Of a DNA stretch of 64,000 nucleotides, positions 1 through 10,520 are shown piece by piece. The position numbers and the translations under genes were made by a program. Each line of letters opens with the position of its first letter. The stretch's first letter is position 1. Origin of the DNA: an uncultured Chloroflexia bacterium (GTDB lineage: Bacteria; Chloroflexota; Chloroflexia; QHBQ01; JADMIH01); contig CAWCNY010000004.1 in the NCBI GenBank assembly GCA_963797095.1, positions 352,001 through 416,000 of the forward strand, read 5' to 3'. The notes under the pieces were generated by a model. That model searched no databases and was not told where the DNA came from. It saw nothing but the letters and a program-made list of their open reading frames with translations.

Positions 1-820
1 CCATCGCCTGGCGCTCCGCCGCCACTTGCGGATCGAGCGCCTTCTGCAATTCGGCCTCCGTCTCAGACAGCCGTGCAAGCGCCTCCTCCTGAGTCAGGTC
101 CCCTTCCTTGAGGTCATGCGACAGCAATTCCAATTCCTGAAGCACTTTCTGGAGCGCCGGGTCGGTGGCGTTCGGCGAGGTCTCGATCGCTTCCTTGAGC
201 ACCTCGATGTTCCGTTGCTCGGTCGCGATCTGCTCATTAGCGGTATCCTCCCCGGCGCTCGACGCCAGGTTCGGGAAAAAGACCACCGCCAGCAACACTA
301 ACACCAGCACCCCCACCGGCACAAACCGCTCTCTGCGAATTCTCACAGGCAGGTCACGCGCCGCGTTCACTCTTTCGACTGAGCGCAAAGCGTCGTCAAG
401 TTGAGCGTCCCGCAACCCCATCATGGTTGCATTCGGACGCGCGGGCGGGCGACCGGCATCCTCCAACGCAGTCGAGAGCCTCTCGTCCAGGCCCAGGCTC
501 AGGTCGGCGCGCAAGGCAGTCGCCAGCGGGTCGCGTGGCCTCAATAAAGCATATGCAAGCGCCGCCGCCATCCCCACAACAAGCAAGCCTGCTCCGGCAG
601 CCCCAAGCTCAACCCACGACAAATTTCCGGTCAATCGCCAATAAAGCGCGATCAGCGCCACCACCCCAACAACCGCAGCCGCCACCCAGGGGGCCAGCGT
701 CGCCGCCTCTTGCAATCGGAACCTCCGCTCAAAGCGCTCGAGAGCAGCCGCCAGCGCCCCCATGCGTGGGTCCGCATCGCCCGAGCTTGGCATCTTGATC
801 CTGTCCCGTGGACTATTCAT
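1..820 (-). CDS. Membrane-anchored coiled-coil protein, 3' end runs off the window start (not in the ORF track)
   Basis: Manual translation from ATG 820 gives MNSPRDRIK...RFRLQEAATLAPWVAAAVVGVVALIALYW...RADLSLGLDERLSTALE. It has TM helices and an ATGA overlap with the permease stop at 817-819. Confidence 0.75.
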   Translation of the reverse strand, partial: MNSPRDRIKMPSSGDADPRMGALAAALERFERRFRLQEAATLAPWVAAAVVGVVALIALYWRLTGNLSWVELGAAGAGLLVVGMAAALAYALLRPRDPLATALRADLSLGLDERLSTALEDAGRPPARPNATMMGLRDAQLDDALRSVERVNAARDLPVRIRRERFVPVGVLVLVLLAVVFFPNLASSAGEDTANEQIATEQRNIEVLKEAIETSPNATDPALQKVLQELELLSHDLKEGDLTQEEALARLSETEAELQKALDPQVAAERQAM

Positions 821-1779
821 TCTACTTTAGATACGCCTTCGGGCAGCGGAATGTTCCCACCAGGCGGCAAGTCCTCCCAGCCACGGCGTCGCCTGTAGTG
901 AATCGGCTTCACCAACCTGATACTCCACACCACCAGCACCGCGCTCAGCCACAGGGCCTCGATACAGAACAACAGCCACGGCGATACCACCAGCAGCGTG
1001 TGTCCCGGCAAAATCTCCGTATTCGTGTAAATGAAAAGCGGTTGGCCCATCAAATAGAACGTCTCGCTGATCGCCATCGCGATGATCGGATGAATCGATA
1101 GCACAACCCCGCTGACATACCAGAATCCCGGCTGGTCGGTGAGCCGAGACGCATTAGGGTCGTAATTGTTGATCCCCATGATCGTTATTGCGAGATAGTA
1201 GAAAAAAGGCAGCCCCACCATTTGCAGCAGAATCGTGCCGTAAGTCAGCACGTTGCTCGCCACGCTGCTCCGCACCACGCTAGACCAGAATATCCCAATC
1301 GAGGCGAACAGCAGCGCGGCCACCAGCATAACCACCTGCGACAATATCACCTCTTCCGGTGATACCCCACCGAACAGAAACGCCAGGCTCTCCAGCGGCG
1401 CTACTGCCAGTATGAGCAGCGCCACCCAGGCCAGCGCCGACCCAAGTTTCCCGAAGATCACCGACCTCGCAGGCAGCAAAGTGGTCATGAGCAGGTCATA
1501 AGTCTTCTGTTCGCGCTCAGAAGTGATCGCGCCTGCCGTAAAAGCCGGAGTGAGAAGCGCCACCATAATCGTCTGAAAGGTAACCAGCACGCTGAAAATG
1601 ATCTTCCCGATCTGCGAAGCCTGCGGTCCCCCGTATCCCGTCGATATGCCCCCTACCGCCAGGAACGTCAGCCAGGTCACAAATCCCAGCACCAGCAAAT
1701 AGCTAACCAGAATGACCACCGCGCGCCACCCGCGCATCCTCCCCCTCAGTTCTTTCATGATTACCGGATTCGCATGCAT
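817..1779 (-). CDS. ABC-2 type transporter permease (NosY/GldF-like)
   Basis: Motifs NPVIMKELRGRMRG, GAITSEREQKTYDLLMTT and VIFGKL; multiple TM helices; follows the ABC ATPase. Confidence 0.9.
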   Translation of the reverse strand: MHANPVIMKELRGRMRGWRAVVILVSYLLVLGFVTWLTFLAVGGISTGYGGPQASQIGKIIFSVLVTFQTIMVALLTPAFTAGAITSEREQKTYDLLMTTLLPARSVIFGKLGSALAWVALLILAVAPLESLAFLFGGVSPEEVILSQVVMLVAALLFASIGIFWSSVVRSSVASNVLTYGTILLQMVGLPFFYYLAITIMGINNYDPNASRLTDQPGFWYVSGVVLSIHPIIAMAISETFYLMGQPLFIYTNTEILPGHTLLVVSPWLLFCIEALWLSAVLVVWSIRLVKPIHYRRRRGWEDLPPGGNIPLPEGVSKVE

Positions 1780-1797
1780 CGCGCTACACCATCCCTC

Positions 1798-2901
1798 TCA
1801 CTGCACCAACCCCCTGGTGGTCTTCAGGAATATCTCTTCCAGGTCGCTCACTGCCTCCTCATAAGCGAACACAGGTATGCCATCGCCCACCAGCCGCGCC
1901 AGTATTGACCCCAACAGCGAGTCATCGCCACTCACGCGCATATAGACAGTGGCAGGCCCGCTGTTCCCCACCGGGGCAGCCGCCACCATTCCCGGCGGCG
2001 GTGGAATATGCGATGCCTCCACGCCCGCCACCGGCTCGATGACTACCGGCGGAGCGCTTGGGATAGTCACCCCTCCCCCCTCGTCCGCGCCTTGCGATTG
2101 CCCATGCTTGTAACCCGCGGGCAATGTCTGCGCCACTATTACCGCTGGAAACGCTTTCACAATCCCAAGCGTCTCCTCTGCCCGCGCCAGCACCCTTATA
2201 TAAATCTCGCGTGCGGGCTGCATCGCCTGCAAAATATCGGCTACACTCCCGCTCACCAGTAGTCTGCCCCGTTCGATTATCGCCACGTGCGTGCACATCT
2301 CCGCCAGTTCCGTCAAAATGTGCGACGACACGAGAATCGTCTTTCCCAGCGAGCGCAATTCCTTCAGCAGCTCACGCAATTCAATTCTGGCGTGCGGGTC
2401 TAATCCCGAAGCCGGTTCATCCAGAATCAGCAAGTCCGGGTTATGCACCAGCGTCCGCGCCAAACACAACCTCTGCTTCATCCCACGTGACAGCTCCTCC
2501 ACGAAGCTATCATGCTTGGCCGAAAGGTCAACCAGCGCCAATAAGTCACCTATCATCCCCTTCCGCTTCTCCGCCGCTACTCCATACGCCGCCCCGAAGA
2601 AATCCAGGTACTCCCACACCTTCATGTTGTCGTACACGCCAAAGAAATCGGGCATATACCCGATCCTTTTCCTCACCTCCATGGGCGCTTCCGTCACCGG
2701 ATATTCCGACACCCACGCCTCGCCATCCGTCGGCTCCAACAGCGTGGCAAGTATCCTCATTGTGGTGGTCTTGCCCGCCCCGTTCGGCCCGATAAAACCG
2801 TAAATCGACCCGCGCTCTATCTCAAGATTGAGGTCGTCAAGCGCCGTGAAATTGTTGTTGTACCTCTTGGTGAGGTTCTCGGTAACCACAATCGGTGTCA
2901 T
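1798..2901 (-). CDS. ABC transporter ATP-binding protein
   Basis: Walker A GPNGAGKTT, signature LSRGMKQR, Walker B LLILDEP, H-loop SSH. Confidence 0.95.
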   Translation of the reverse strand: MTPIVVTENLTKRYNNNFTALDDLNLEIERGSIYGFIGPNGAGKTTTMRILATLLEPTDGEAWVSEYPVTEAPMEVRKRIGYMPDFFGVYDNMKVWEYLDFFGAAYGVAAEKRKGMIGDLLALVDLSAKHDSFVEELSRGMKQRLCLARTLVHNPDLLILDEPASGLDPHARIELRELLKELRSLGKTILVSSHILTELAEMCTHVAIIERGRLLVSGSVADILQAMQPAREIYIRVLARAEETLGIVKAFPAVIVAQTLPAGYKHGQSQGADEGGGVTIPSAPPVVIEPVAGVEASHIPPPPGMVAAAPVGNSGPATVYMRVSGDDSLLGSILARLVGDGIPVFAYEEAVSDLEEIFLKTTRGLVQ

Positions 2902-2905
2902 AAGT

Positions 2906-5596
2906 TTACTTGCCCGTATTCAGCGCCATCTCAAACGTCCCGCTAACCGTCGTGTCGTCCAATGAAGATACTATTCGCAGCATAACGGCCCCCCCGCCAT
3001 CCGTGTGCTGTGCCGCGTGAGGAATTTGAACCTCGGTCGCAGTCTGCCCGCGCTCAAGGTCCGCCACCCTGTCCCACTTGCCGGTAACTCTGTTATAGGC
3101 CAGCAACGCAAGCTTGTCTCCCTGTCCCGCATCCTCAATTGAGTACTTGAACGTCAAACTGTCAGGCTCCGCCCCCACCGGCAACCTGAACGTCAAATCT
3201 TCGTAAGGCGCTATCCGCGTGCCTGCCGTTGAGCCTGGTTGCCCCGGCTGCGGTGTCGTGGTAGGTATAGGCCCGGGCGGGAACTGTCCCTGCACATTGC
3301 CTGGGTAGCTCTGGTTGTACTGCGAATAGAGCGTGCTCATCCCTGAGTAAACCTTCCCCATTGGCAAGACCGAAGGATTATTCCCCGGTGCGTAGATCTC
3401 AAACGGCACAAAACCTGAGTTGAGCCGAGCCTGATCCCCCTCGCTCGCCGCCACTGGCACCATATCGACCCACACAGTGACCTCCTCGCTGCTCGTCGTA
3501 TAACCGTCCACGCCGAACTGTGTGGGTGGTGCGGGTCCCCAGGCCACCAGCGTCACACTCATGTCCGTCGGCGGCTCGCCCGCCACCAGCGAATAGAGCG
3601 CTGCCGACAGCGTCTCAACCTTGCGATCGTACAATCTCTGCTGCTGGTCGTTGCTTCCATTACCACCGTTGTAGCCTGGGTAATACTGGTTCGCCCCCGG
3701 CCCCACCGACACCACTCCCGCAGGCGCAGGCAGCAGCTTTGCCGGCGACGAATTGTCAAAGATCGCCGTGGACACACCGAGGTGAACATCCACCGTTTCT
3801 CCCGGTGCCATATACCCTACATATTGCACCACCCCGCCCCGCACCAGCGCTACGTCCTCCAACGGGCCGTTCGTGCAATTCGTCACCCGCCCCACGATCT
3901 CATTGTCCCCCAGGTGCAGGTCCGCCTCAAGTGGCGCTTCCACCTTCGCCGTGTGCTCGGCCAGGAACCCCCGCAAACTCCACGTGTCTATATTGATGTT
4001 CCCTATTGAAGTCGAGCCGTTGCCGCCCTGCACAGACAGCGCGTTACTGCTGTTCACCGTGTTGTAGTACCCGTACGAATTGATCTCTGTGAGCACACTC
4101 TCAGTGTTCAATTGCAAGCGATATGTGCGCCGCGCGGGAGAATAAAGCCCGAAATGCTGTGCCAGCGACGCCTCATCGCTCCCCGCCGCCATCTGGATCG
4201 CGTTGGCACGAATAGACACCAACTCCCCGCCCTTCGAGCCGAACGCCAGCCCATAAGCCACCACCGAAAACACCACCACCAGCGCAGGTATGGTCAGCCA
4301 GGCCAGTTCTGCACGCCTCATCCTACGCAAAATGATAAAGTTGACAGGCCCAATAATAATTATGTAGAGCAACAGGAAGCCGCCGACAAGCCACGGATCG
4401 GGAAGTTCCAGGCCCGGCAGCGCGAACAACCCCCCAAACGTCTGAAATATCGAGCCTGCCCCTGGGAATCCCAGGTAGCTGTAATCCGCGCTCGCTCTCA
4501 GTGAAGCGCCATACGAAATCCTCAAATCATGTTCGGAAAGGATCCGCTGCACCAACGGCACGGTACCTTCCCACCCCTTGAGCGGCGGCAGCGACGGCGA
4601 AAGCCCCAGGTACGCCACCTGACCTTGCCCCAAGTCCCGCACTACCAGCAGCGGCACCCCGTCCACCTGGGCAAGCGTCCGAGACGCATACCCCCCACCC
4701 TCCTTCACCTGGGCGTTCCCCACAGCCACCGACGCCGTCGTGGTAATAGGCGTGCCAACCAGATCGCTTAGCCCTCCCAACGACGATACGTTGCGCGACC
4801 CTGCCACTGTCACAGGCGGCAAATCGCCAAGACCGCCCAGAGTGTCGGCCCCGCCCGCCCTGTACACCGCCACCAACGTTCCACCGCGCACTACCCATGC
4901 TTCAAGCGAGGCCTTCTGCTCCTCCGAAAGCCCTTGCGTGTCCACATCGTCAATCACGAGCGCGCCCAGGCTATTCAATCCCTGCGATAGCGTCGGTATG
5001 TCGGCCAGTGCCATGTGCGCGATTGTTGCGGTCCCTCCCCCGCTCATGGCCGGGGGATTCGGCCCGTAGTACCCGAAGTTTGATGGCAGCATCTCGACAA
5101 TATGCCCCACCTGCTCGCCCTTCAACACATTGAGCAATGACGAATCCGACGACGCCACCCCCACGACCATATTGGTCGGCGGCTCGAATGGGTCGCCGAC
5201 CGCCGACACGGAGTCCAGCTCTGTATCGCCGTCCAACAGCTTCACCTGAAAATACCTGGAATAGCTGCTATCGTAAGCGTATAGTGTGATTTCCTTGCGC
5301 GAGGGGCTTGGCAAATCCACCACACGCTCATAAGCTTGCCCCAGGTTGGTCTGATTGGCTCCCGACAGCAGCTGCACACTCACCCGCCGCGATTGCCCGC
5401 CCTGCGGATTCGTCAGCGTGACGCGCACAGGCACCCACTCCCCCAGTAAATACGCGCCCGTATCCCCGTACCCGACCTTGGCAGTCATGGTGATCTTGGG
5501 CTGGCTTTGCGCGGTGCCTTGCGCACAGGCGGGCGCAAGGCCCGTCAGCAACAGCAAGAGGTAAAAAAATAAGGCAAGCGCAAGGCGTTTTCGCAT
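2906..5596 (-). CDS. Large exported/membrane accessory protein of the ABC operon (class I GATase-like domain plus TM hairpin)
   Basis: Signal peptide; WVPVRVTLTN; LEAWVVRGGTLV; GQGQVAYL; LYIIIIGPVNFIILRR..WLTIPAL TM pair. Confidence 0.75.
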   Translation of the reverse strand: MRKRLALALFFYLLLLLTGLAPACAQGTAQSQPKITMTAKVGYGDTGAYLLGEWVPVRVTLTNPQGGQSRRVSVQLLSGANQTNLGQAYERVVDLPSPSRKEITLYAYDSSYSRYFQVKLLDGDTELDSVSAVGDPFEPPTNMVVGVASSDSSLLNVLKGEQVGHIVEMLPSNFGYYGPNPPAMSGGGTATIAHMALADIPTLSQGLNSLGALVIDDVDTQGLSEEQKASLEAWVVRGGTLVAVYRAGGADTLGGLGDLPPVTVAGSRNVSSLGGLSDLVGTPITTTASVAVGNAQVKEGGGYASRTLAQVDGVPLLVVRDLGQGQVAYLGLSPSLPPLKGWEGTVPLVQRILSEHDLRISYGASLRASADYSYLGFPGAGSIFQTFGGLFALPGLELPDPWLVGGFLLLYIIIIGPVNFIILRRMRRAELAWLTIPALVVVFSVVAYGLAFGSKGGELVSIRANAIQMAAGSDEASLAQHFGLYSPARRTYRLQLNTESVLTEINSYGYYNTVNSSNALSVQGGNGSTSIGNINIDTWSLRGFLAEHTAKVEAPLEADLHLGDNEIVGRVTNCTNGPLEDVALVRGGVVQYVGYMAPGETVDVHLGVSTAIFDNSSPAKLLPAPAGVVSVGPGANQYYPGYNGGNGSNDQQQRLYDRKVETLSAALYSLVAGEPPTDMSVTLVAWGPAPPTQFGVDGYTTSSEEVTVWVDMVPVAASEGDQARLNSGFVPFEIYAPGNNPSVLPMGKVYSGMSTLYSQYNQSYPGNVQGQFPPGPIPTTTPQPGQPGSTAGTRIAPYEDLTFRLPVGAEPDSLTFKYSIEDAGQGDKLALLAYNRVTGKWDRVADLERGQTATEVQIPHAAQHTDGGGAVMLRIVSSLDDTTVSGTFEMALNTGK

Positions 5597-5705
5597 GTGT
5601 CGTCCTCGTGAGTGCGCAACAGGCGTCGTCCGGCTCCGGCCTAGGATACCGGGCCTTCACCAGGCCCCGCCGCCCAACCGTACAACGATACTATACCGGC
5701 ATAAA

Positions 5706-5735
5706 TGTAACGTTGCAACCACACAAAACGTTGCA
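5706..5735. promoter_or_regulatory. Two LacI/CcpA-style operator-like sites upstream of the ABC operon
   Basis: Near-palindrome TGTAACGTTGCA (5706-5717) and a second copy CAAAACGTTGCA (5724-5735). Confidence 0.35.
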
Positions 5736-5765
5736 CATCTTTATGGTTTTCACACTTTACTTTCC

Positions 5766-7091
5766 CTACTTGCCCCGCAACACCTCGTGATACGCCTTAA
5801 TCCACGCTTCGATCTCGCCGTCCGGCCCCGCCGTCTGCCGCCGCGCATCGTCCACCCTTTGCATAATCTCCTGCTGGACATTTCGCGGGTGCGGAATCCC
5901 CGCGAACACAAACTCGGTCGCCTCCCCTGGTGTCTTGATCACCACGCTCCCATAATCGAGCAAGTTGGCAAGCGGCCCTGGGATCACGTACATCACGTCC
6001 GTGATCAAATTGATCAGCGTCTCCTTCGACTGCTCGCGCAGCCCAAAAGGCAGGCTCTCGATGTGGTACAACCTCTCGTGGTCCAGCTTGTACAGGTCGT
6101 TGCGCCAGTCCTCCCAGTTCCAGATCGTCCATGCCCCGCACACCGGCAGCAGCAAGAGCAACAACCACGTAAGCACACTCTCCACGGGCCCAACCACCCC
6201 CGGCTCGCCCAGCACAATCGAAAGCACCCACCCCACAAATACACTCCCCCAAACCAGCAGCGGCACCGCCAACCCTCGCACGAGAAATGCCCAGTGCTTG
6301 TGCCAGATACGCACAGCGGGCCACTTGCGTCGCGCCCCTACACCACTGGCCCTTCTGCTACCGGCCATGCCCTCTGCGTCCTGCCGCTTAACCCCCTCCC
6401 CCGGCACCCTACCAAGCACAATGGCCCGCACAGCCGACTTCCTCAGGTCCTCGGTCGGTGGCTTCACCGCCTCCATTGCCTTCTGCTGGCGAAAGATAGC
6501 CTCGCGCATATCCTTCGGTCGCGGCAGCGACTGAAAACGCAGTGTGCCCACCCCTGCCGTGTCCACCTCGATATCGCCAAAGTCCAGCGCCATCCCCAGC
6601 GCGTTCGGATATTTTGCGACCACATTCTGAACCTTGCCTATCGGCGCTTCCCTCCGCGTCTCCCGCAGGAAGAGCATCTTATCCATCACGATCACCCGCT
6701 CCGTTGTCAGGGCGATCCAGGCCTCGCGCCAGTCCAGCAATGCATATCCTGTCCACAACAACACCAGTAATCCGACCCCGAACCACACCGCCCACAACAA
6801 CGGCACAAGCCACGCAGGCGGCGCGTTGACCGCCACCAGCGGGTCAACGCTCAATCCGCTGAGAAAAGGCTCCACCAGCAAGAAGCTCATAACCCAAACT
6901 GAAAGCAACAACAGCGGCATAGCAAGCGCGCGCACCAGCACCACTGGATGCCTGCGCAACAGAAACACCACCCGCTCATCGGGCCTCCGGTCATGTATTA
7001 GCTCAGCATTTCGGGACGCGCGCGCCCCCTGCCGAGCGTTCCCGGCGCTCCCTGCTGTTCGACTTGGGCCAACTCGCATAACAGATTTCAT
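5766..7091 (-). CDS. Membrane protein with two bacterial PH (bPH_2/YdbT-like) domains
   Basis: Two modules, each a TM pair plus a PH-like segment (LTTERVI...DFGDIEVDTAG and LDHERLY...DYGSVVIKTPG). The start is uncertain (7091 or 7103). Confidence 0.8.
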   Translation of the reverse strand: MKSVMRVGPSRTAGSAGNARQGARASRNAELIHDRRPDERVVFLLRRHPVVLVRALAMPLLLLSVWVMSFLLVEPFLSGLSVDPLVAVNAPPAWLVPLLWAVWFGVGLLVLLWTGYALLDWREAWIALTTERVIVMDKMLFLRETRREAPIGKVQNVVAKYPNALGMALDFGDIEVDTAGVGTLRFQSLPRPKDMREAIFRQQKAMEAVKPPTEDLRKSAVRAIVLGRVPGEGVKRQDAEGMAGSRRASGVGARRKWPAVRIWHKHWAFLVRGLAVPLLVWGSVFVGWVLSIVLGEPGVVGPVESVLTWLLLLLLPVCGAWTIWNWEDWRNDLYKLDHERLYHIESLPFGLREQSKETLINLITDVMYVIPGPLANLLDYGSVVIKTPGEATEFVFAGIPHPRNVQQEIMQRVDDARRQTAGPDGEIEAWIKAYHEVLRGK

Positions 7092-7284
7092 GCTCGTAAG
7101 CAAATATTACACCCTGCCACAGACCGTGGCACAGATGTCCACACCCCGGTACTGTGGTACCCCGGCCGGAGGTCCGTACAAAGCTAGGATTCGGCGAAGG
7201 GGGTGCATGGGCACTCCCACGCCGACGGGTGCCCTCTGGGCGACAGTGGTGTCCCCCCAACTCTTCCCATGCTTACCAAAGCAA

Positions 7285-7403
7285 AAGGGGGTGCAGGGGT
7301 ACTCTCCTGCCGGGGGGATTGGGGGGACACCCCCCAACTCTACTTCTTCTTTTAGCTTCTCCCCTCGCCCCGTGTTCGGGGCGAGGGGCCGGGGTGAGGG
7401 GTG
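7285..7403. repeat. GC-rich palindromic intergenic repeat elements
   Basis: Hairpins GGGGGTGCAGGGG..CCTGCCGGGG, TTGGGGGGACACCCCCCAA and CCCCTCGCCCCGTGTTCGGGGCGAGGGG-CCGGGGTGAGGGG. Confidence 0.55.
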
Positions 7404-7522
7404 TTAGCCTGCACTTATCAGCAGGTCTTAGTGAATGACCTGCCTGTGAAAGCGCCGGAGGTCTGTGGTCTCGCCCACCAATCCGGGCGGTGGCTCCCCC
7501 CAACAGAGTGTATAATCATCCT

Positions 7523-8038
7523 ATGGATGTAGATGGCGTCAGAATAGTCTGCCCTGCATGCGGCTCACAACTCGTGGTAATGCCCCGCGTTCAATACCTC
7601 GCGTGCAAACACTGCGGCAGCGAATACACCGTACAAAGGCGAGGCAACAGCGTTGGCCTGGAGCCATTCTCCGAAGAGCAATTCGAAATCAGCCAGAAGA
7701 TCGCCGAAGTCGAGCGCGCCCAGGGCGAAGGGTGCAGCAATGTCTTCTTCTGGATACTCCTCTTATCCGGCGTCCTATTCTGCGGCGTCGGCTTCCTCAG
7801 CCGTGCCCTCTTCCAGACCAGCATCCCTCTCATCGTCGGTTGGGCAGTCTCCATAACGGCCCTCGTCGCCGCTGCGGGCGTCCTCCTGCGCACCCTCAAC
7901 ACCCAGCGCGAAGAGCGTCTCAAGCTCGAAGCCCGCCAGGAAGAACTCTACCGAGAGGCTGCGTCAGACCATCCATCCACCCATGAGGAAGAAGGTGGCG
8001 AATACGGCTTGCAACATCCAACCCCCGCTCATGACTAA
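7523..8038 (+). CDS. Zinc-ribbon membrane protein, probably leaderless
   Basis: CPACG..CKHCG followed by two TM helices; TATAAT at 7511-7516 lies 6 nt before the ATG at 7523. Confidence 0.75.
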   Translation: MDVDGVRIVCPACGSQLVVMPRVQYLACKHCGSEYTVQRRGNSVGLEPFSEEQFEISQKIAEVERAQGEGCSNVFFWILLLSGVLFCGVGFLSRALFQTSIPLIVGWAVSITALVAAAGVLLRTLNTQREERLKLEARQEELYREAASDHPSTHEEEGGEYGLQHPTPAHD

Positions 8039-9262
8039 AGTATTCAGCCACGCGCGCTCGGCGCTCCACTTCCCCAGCAACAAGAAAGCCGGAAACGCCG
8101 CGATCAAGTACCGCCCCACCGATGCGAACGGATCGAAGTAGGTCGCCAGGGGACTGGTAAAACTCAATACAAGCGCGCTTGCCAGGTAGATCGTAAACGA
8201 CACCGGCAGACGCTTGACCGATGCCAGCGTCAGCACAAAGAACACAGGTATCGCCGCCACATCGATAATCACCCGCGCCTGGTTGAACGACCACTCCAAC
8301 TGCGCTGTGATAGAGTTCCAGGCCAGTGCAGGGATTTCCCACAACGGCACAAACGTATGCGCCCACGATGCCTCCACCTCCAAAAACAAGAAGGGATTCC
8401 CGAACACCAGCCCCAGGTGTAGCGCGAATAGCGCATTGGCGACCGGCACCGCCAGTACAATCGCCGCGCCCTGAGCCACGCTCCGCAACGACCACATCTT
8501 CTTCCACTCCCCCGAGAACACCCCATGCTGTCGGGCGAACTCCCACGCCAGCGGCAGCGCCAGTATGATCCCGGTCGGCCTCGCTAGCCCCGCCAGCAAC
8601 GCCAGCCCGGCCGAGGCATACCACCCACCCCGACGAGCGAAGTATATACTCAACACGGCCAATCCAAGAAACAGACCGTCCGGATAAGCGGCGGCAGTAA
8701 AGAACGAGAAGGGATAAGCCGAAAACACCAGCAGCACAAACGGAACAAAACGCAACCCAAGCTCGCGTGCCGTCACTAGCGCCAGCCCGATATACCCCAG
8801 CAACGCACCCAGGTTCCCAATAATAAGCGCCACGAGCAACCGTGGCTCGTTCCCTGTCCCGATTGTGACGCCATGTATCAGCAGCGGATAGAGAGGATAA
8901 AACGCGGCTCTCTGCGGGTCAGGCTCGTACCCCGTATTCGAGATCGGCATATACCAGCCCGTATCCCACTTATTCCAGCTTTGGAGCAATTCGTCCGGAA
9001 AAAAAGAGGGGCCAAGCCCCATCTTTATCGGGTCGAACCCCTGTGTGGTAAATATGACCGCTATATACGTGAAGACAACAAACACAATCCGCGTAACCAG
9101 CCACATCCCTGCTGCCTGCAAGGCAACCTTGCGCCAGTCAAACCCATCCGCCTGAGGATCAGCCGATGCACCGACCGGTTGCGAATCACGAGATTCCTCA
9201 ATCGGTTCGGCGCTGCCTGTAGATCCTTCCTCTACTCCTTGCTCTAGAGTGAGACTCTTCAC
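7964..9262 (-). CDS. GT-C mannosyltransferase (PIG-V/GT76-like)
   Basis: WNKWDTGWY, AAFYPLYPLL, AAYPDGLFL, ARPTG, SVGRYL; many TM helices. Likely start is GTG 9262 after AAGGGAAG. Confidence 0.85.
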   Translation of the reverse strand: MKSLTLEQGVEEGSTGSAEPIEESRDSQPVGASADPQADGFDWRKVALQAAGMWLVTRIVFVVFTYIAVIFTTQGFDPIKMGLGPSFFPDELLQSWNKWDTGWYMPISNTGYEPDPQRAAFYPLYPLLIHGVTIGTGNEPRLLVALIIGNLGALLGYIGLALVTARELGLRFVPFVLLVFSAYPFSFFTAAAYPDGLFLGLAVLSIYFARRGGWYASAGLALLAGLARPTGIILALPLAWEFARQHGVFSGEWKKMWSLRSVAQGAAIVLAVPVANALFALHLGLVFGNPFLFLEVEASWAHTFVPLWEIPALAWNSITAQLEWSFNQARVIIDVAAIPVFFVLTLASVKRLPVSFTIYLASALVLSFTSPLATYFDPFASVGRYLIAAFPAFLLLGKWSAERAWLNTLVMSGGWMLQAVFATFFLMGGWMV

Positions 9263-9293
9263 GTCTTCCCTTGTGCACACAACGTAGTGCTTT

Positions 9294-10493
9294 TCACGCC
9301 TTATCCAGGGCCACAGCAAGGTCCCGGATCAAATCCTGAGCGTCCTCAATTCCTACGCTGAGGCGCACCAGGTTATCCGGCACCTTGAGCGGTGAGTTCG
9401 CCACGCTGGCGTGGGTCATTATCCCAGGATGCTCGATCAGCGACTCTACCCCTCCCAGGCTCTCAGCGAGCGCAAACAGCCTGGTACTCTCCACTATCCG
9501 TCGTGCGCTCTCCATGCCGCCTCGCACCTCGAACGAGATCATACCCCCGAAGCAGCGCATTTGCCTCCCCGCCAGGTCATGCTGCGGGTGCGAAGGCAAA
9601 CCTGGGTAGCGCACGCGCTCCACCGCCGTATGCTGCTCCAAGAACTGTGCTATCCTTACCGCATTTGCCTCATGCGAGCGCATCCTGATCCCCAGCGTCT
9701 TGATCCCTCTCAGCACCAGGAAACAGTCCATTGGCCCCGGCACCGCTCCAACCGCGTTCTGAAGGTACTTGAGCTTCTCATAATCCGCGTCGTTCGACGT
9801 GACAACCAACCCACCAACCGCATCGCTGTGCCCACCCAAGTACTTGGTCGAGCTATGCACCACGATATCCGCGCCCATCGCCAGCGGCAACTGCCCATAA
9901 GGTGAAGCAAACGTATTATCCACTATCACCTTCAAACCATTCTCGCGAGCAATCGCAGACACCCCAGCAATATCAATCAACTTCATCAACGGGTTAGAAG
10001 GCGTCTCGATCCACACCGCCTTCGTCCCCTTCCCAACATGGCTGCGCACGTGTTCGGGATCGGTCAGGTCCATATAAGAAAAAGAGAGGCCGTAAGGCGC
10101 AAGCACCCGCTCGAACAGCCGGTAGGTCCCGCCGTACACATCATTAGACACAATAATATGGTCGCCCGGCGCGAACAGATACATAATTGTGGTCTCCGCT
10201 CCCATGCCGGAAGCGAAGGCCAACCCGTACTTGCCCTCCTCCAGCGACGCGATGCACTTTTCAAGCGCCGTACGCGTCGGGTTCCCCGTGCGCGAATACT
10301 CGTACCCCTTGTGCTGGCCCAGCCCCTCCTGCACATAAGTTGAGCTCTGATAAATCGGTACGATCACAGACCCCGTAGAAGGGTCCGGCTCCTGCCCTGC
10401 GTGTATAGCGCGAGTCTCGAACCCATATTGCTGATTACTCGCACTCCCCTCCGCCTCGTTCTCTACGCCTTCATTGCCATCTTTGTCAGCCAT
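9294..10493 (-). CDS. metB: Cystathionine gamma-synthase/lyase (Cys/Met metabolism PLP enzyme)
   Basis: YEYSRTGNPT, ETPSNP, DNTFASP, HSSTKYLGGHSD (PLP Lys), AESLGGVESL, RLSVGIED. Confidence 0.9.
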   Translation of the reverse strand: MADKDGNEGVENEAEGSASNQQYGFETRAIHAGQEPDPSTGSVIVPIYQSSTYVQEGLGQHKGYEYSRTGNPTRTALEKCIASLEEGKYGLAFASGMGAETTIMYLFAPGDHIIVSNDVYGGTYRLFERVLAPYGLSFSYMDLTDPEHVRSHVGKGTKAVWIETPSNPLMKLIDIAGVSAIARENGLKVIVDNTFASPYGQLPLAMGADIVVHSSTKYLGGHSDAVGGLVVTSNDADYEKLKYLQNAVGAVPGPMDCFLVLRGIKTLGIRMRSHEANAVRIAQFLEQHTAVERVRYPGLPSHPQHDLAGRQMRCFGGMISFEVRGGMESARRIVESTRLFALAESLGGVESLIEHPGIMTHASVANSPLKVPDNLVRLSVGIEDAQDLIRDLAVALDKA

Positions 10494-10520
10494 CTTTGAC
10501 TCCTGAGGTATGCTAGCAAC

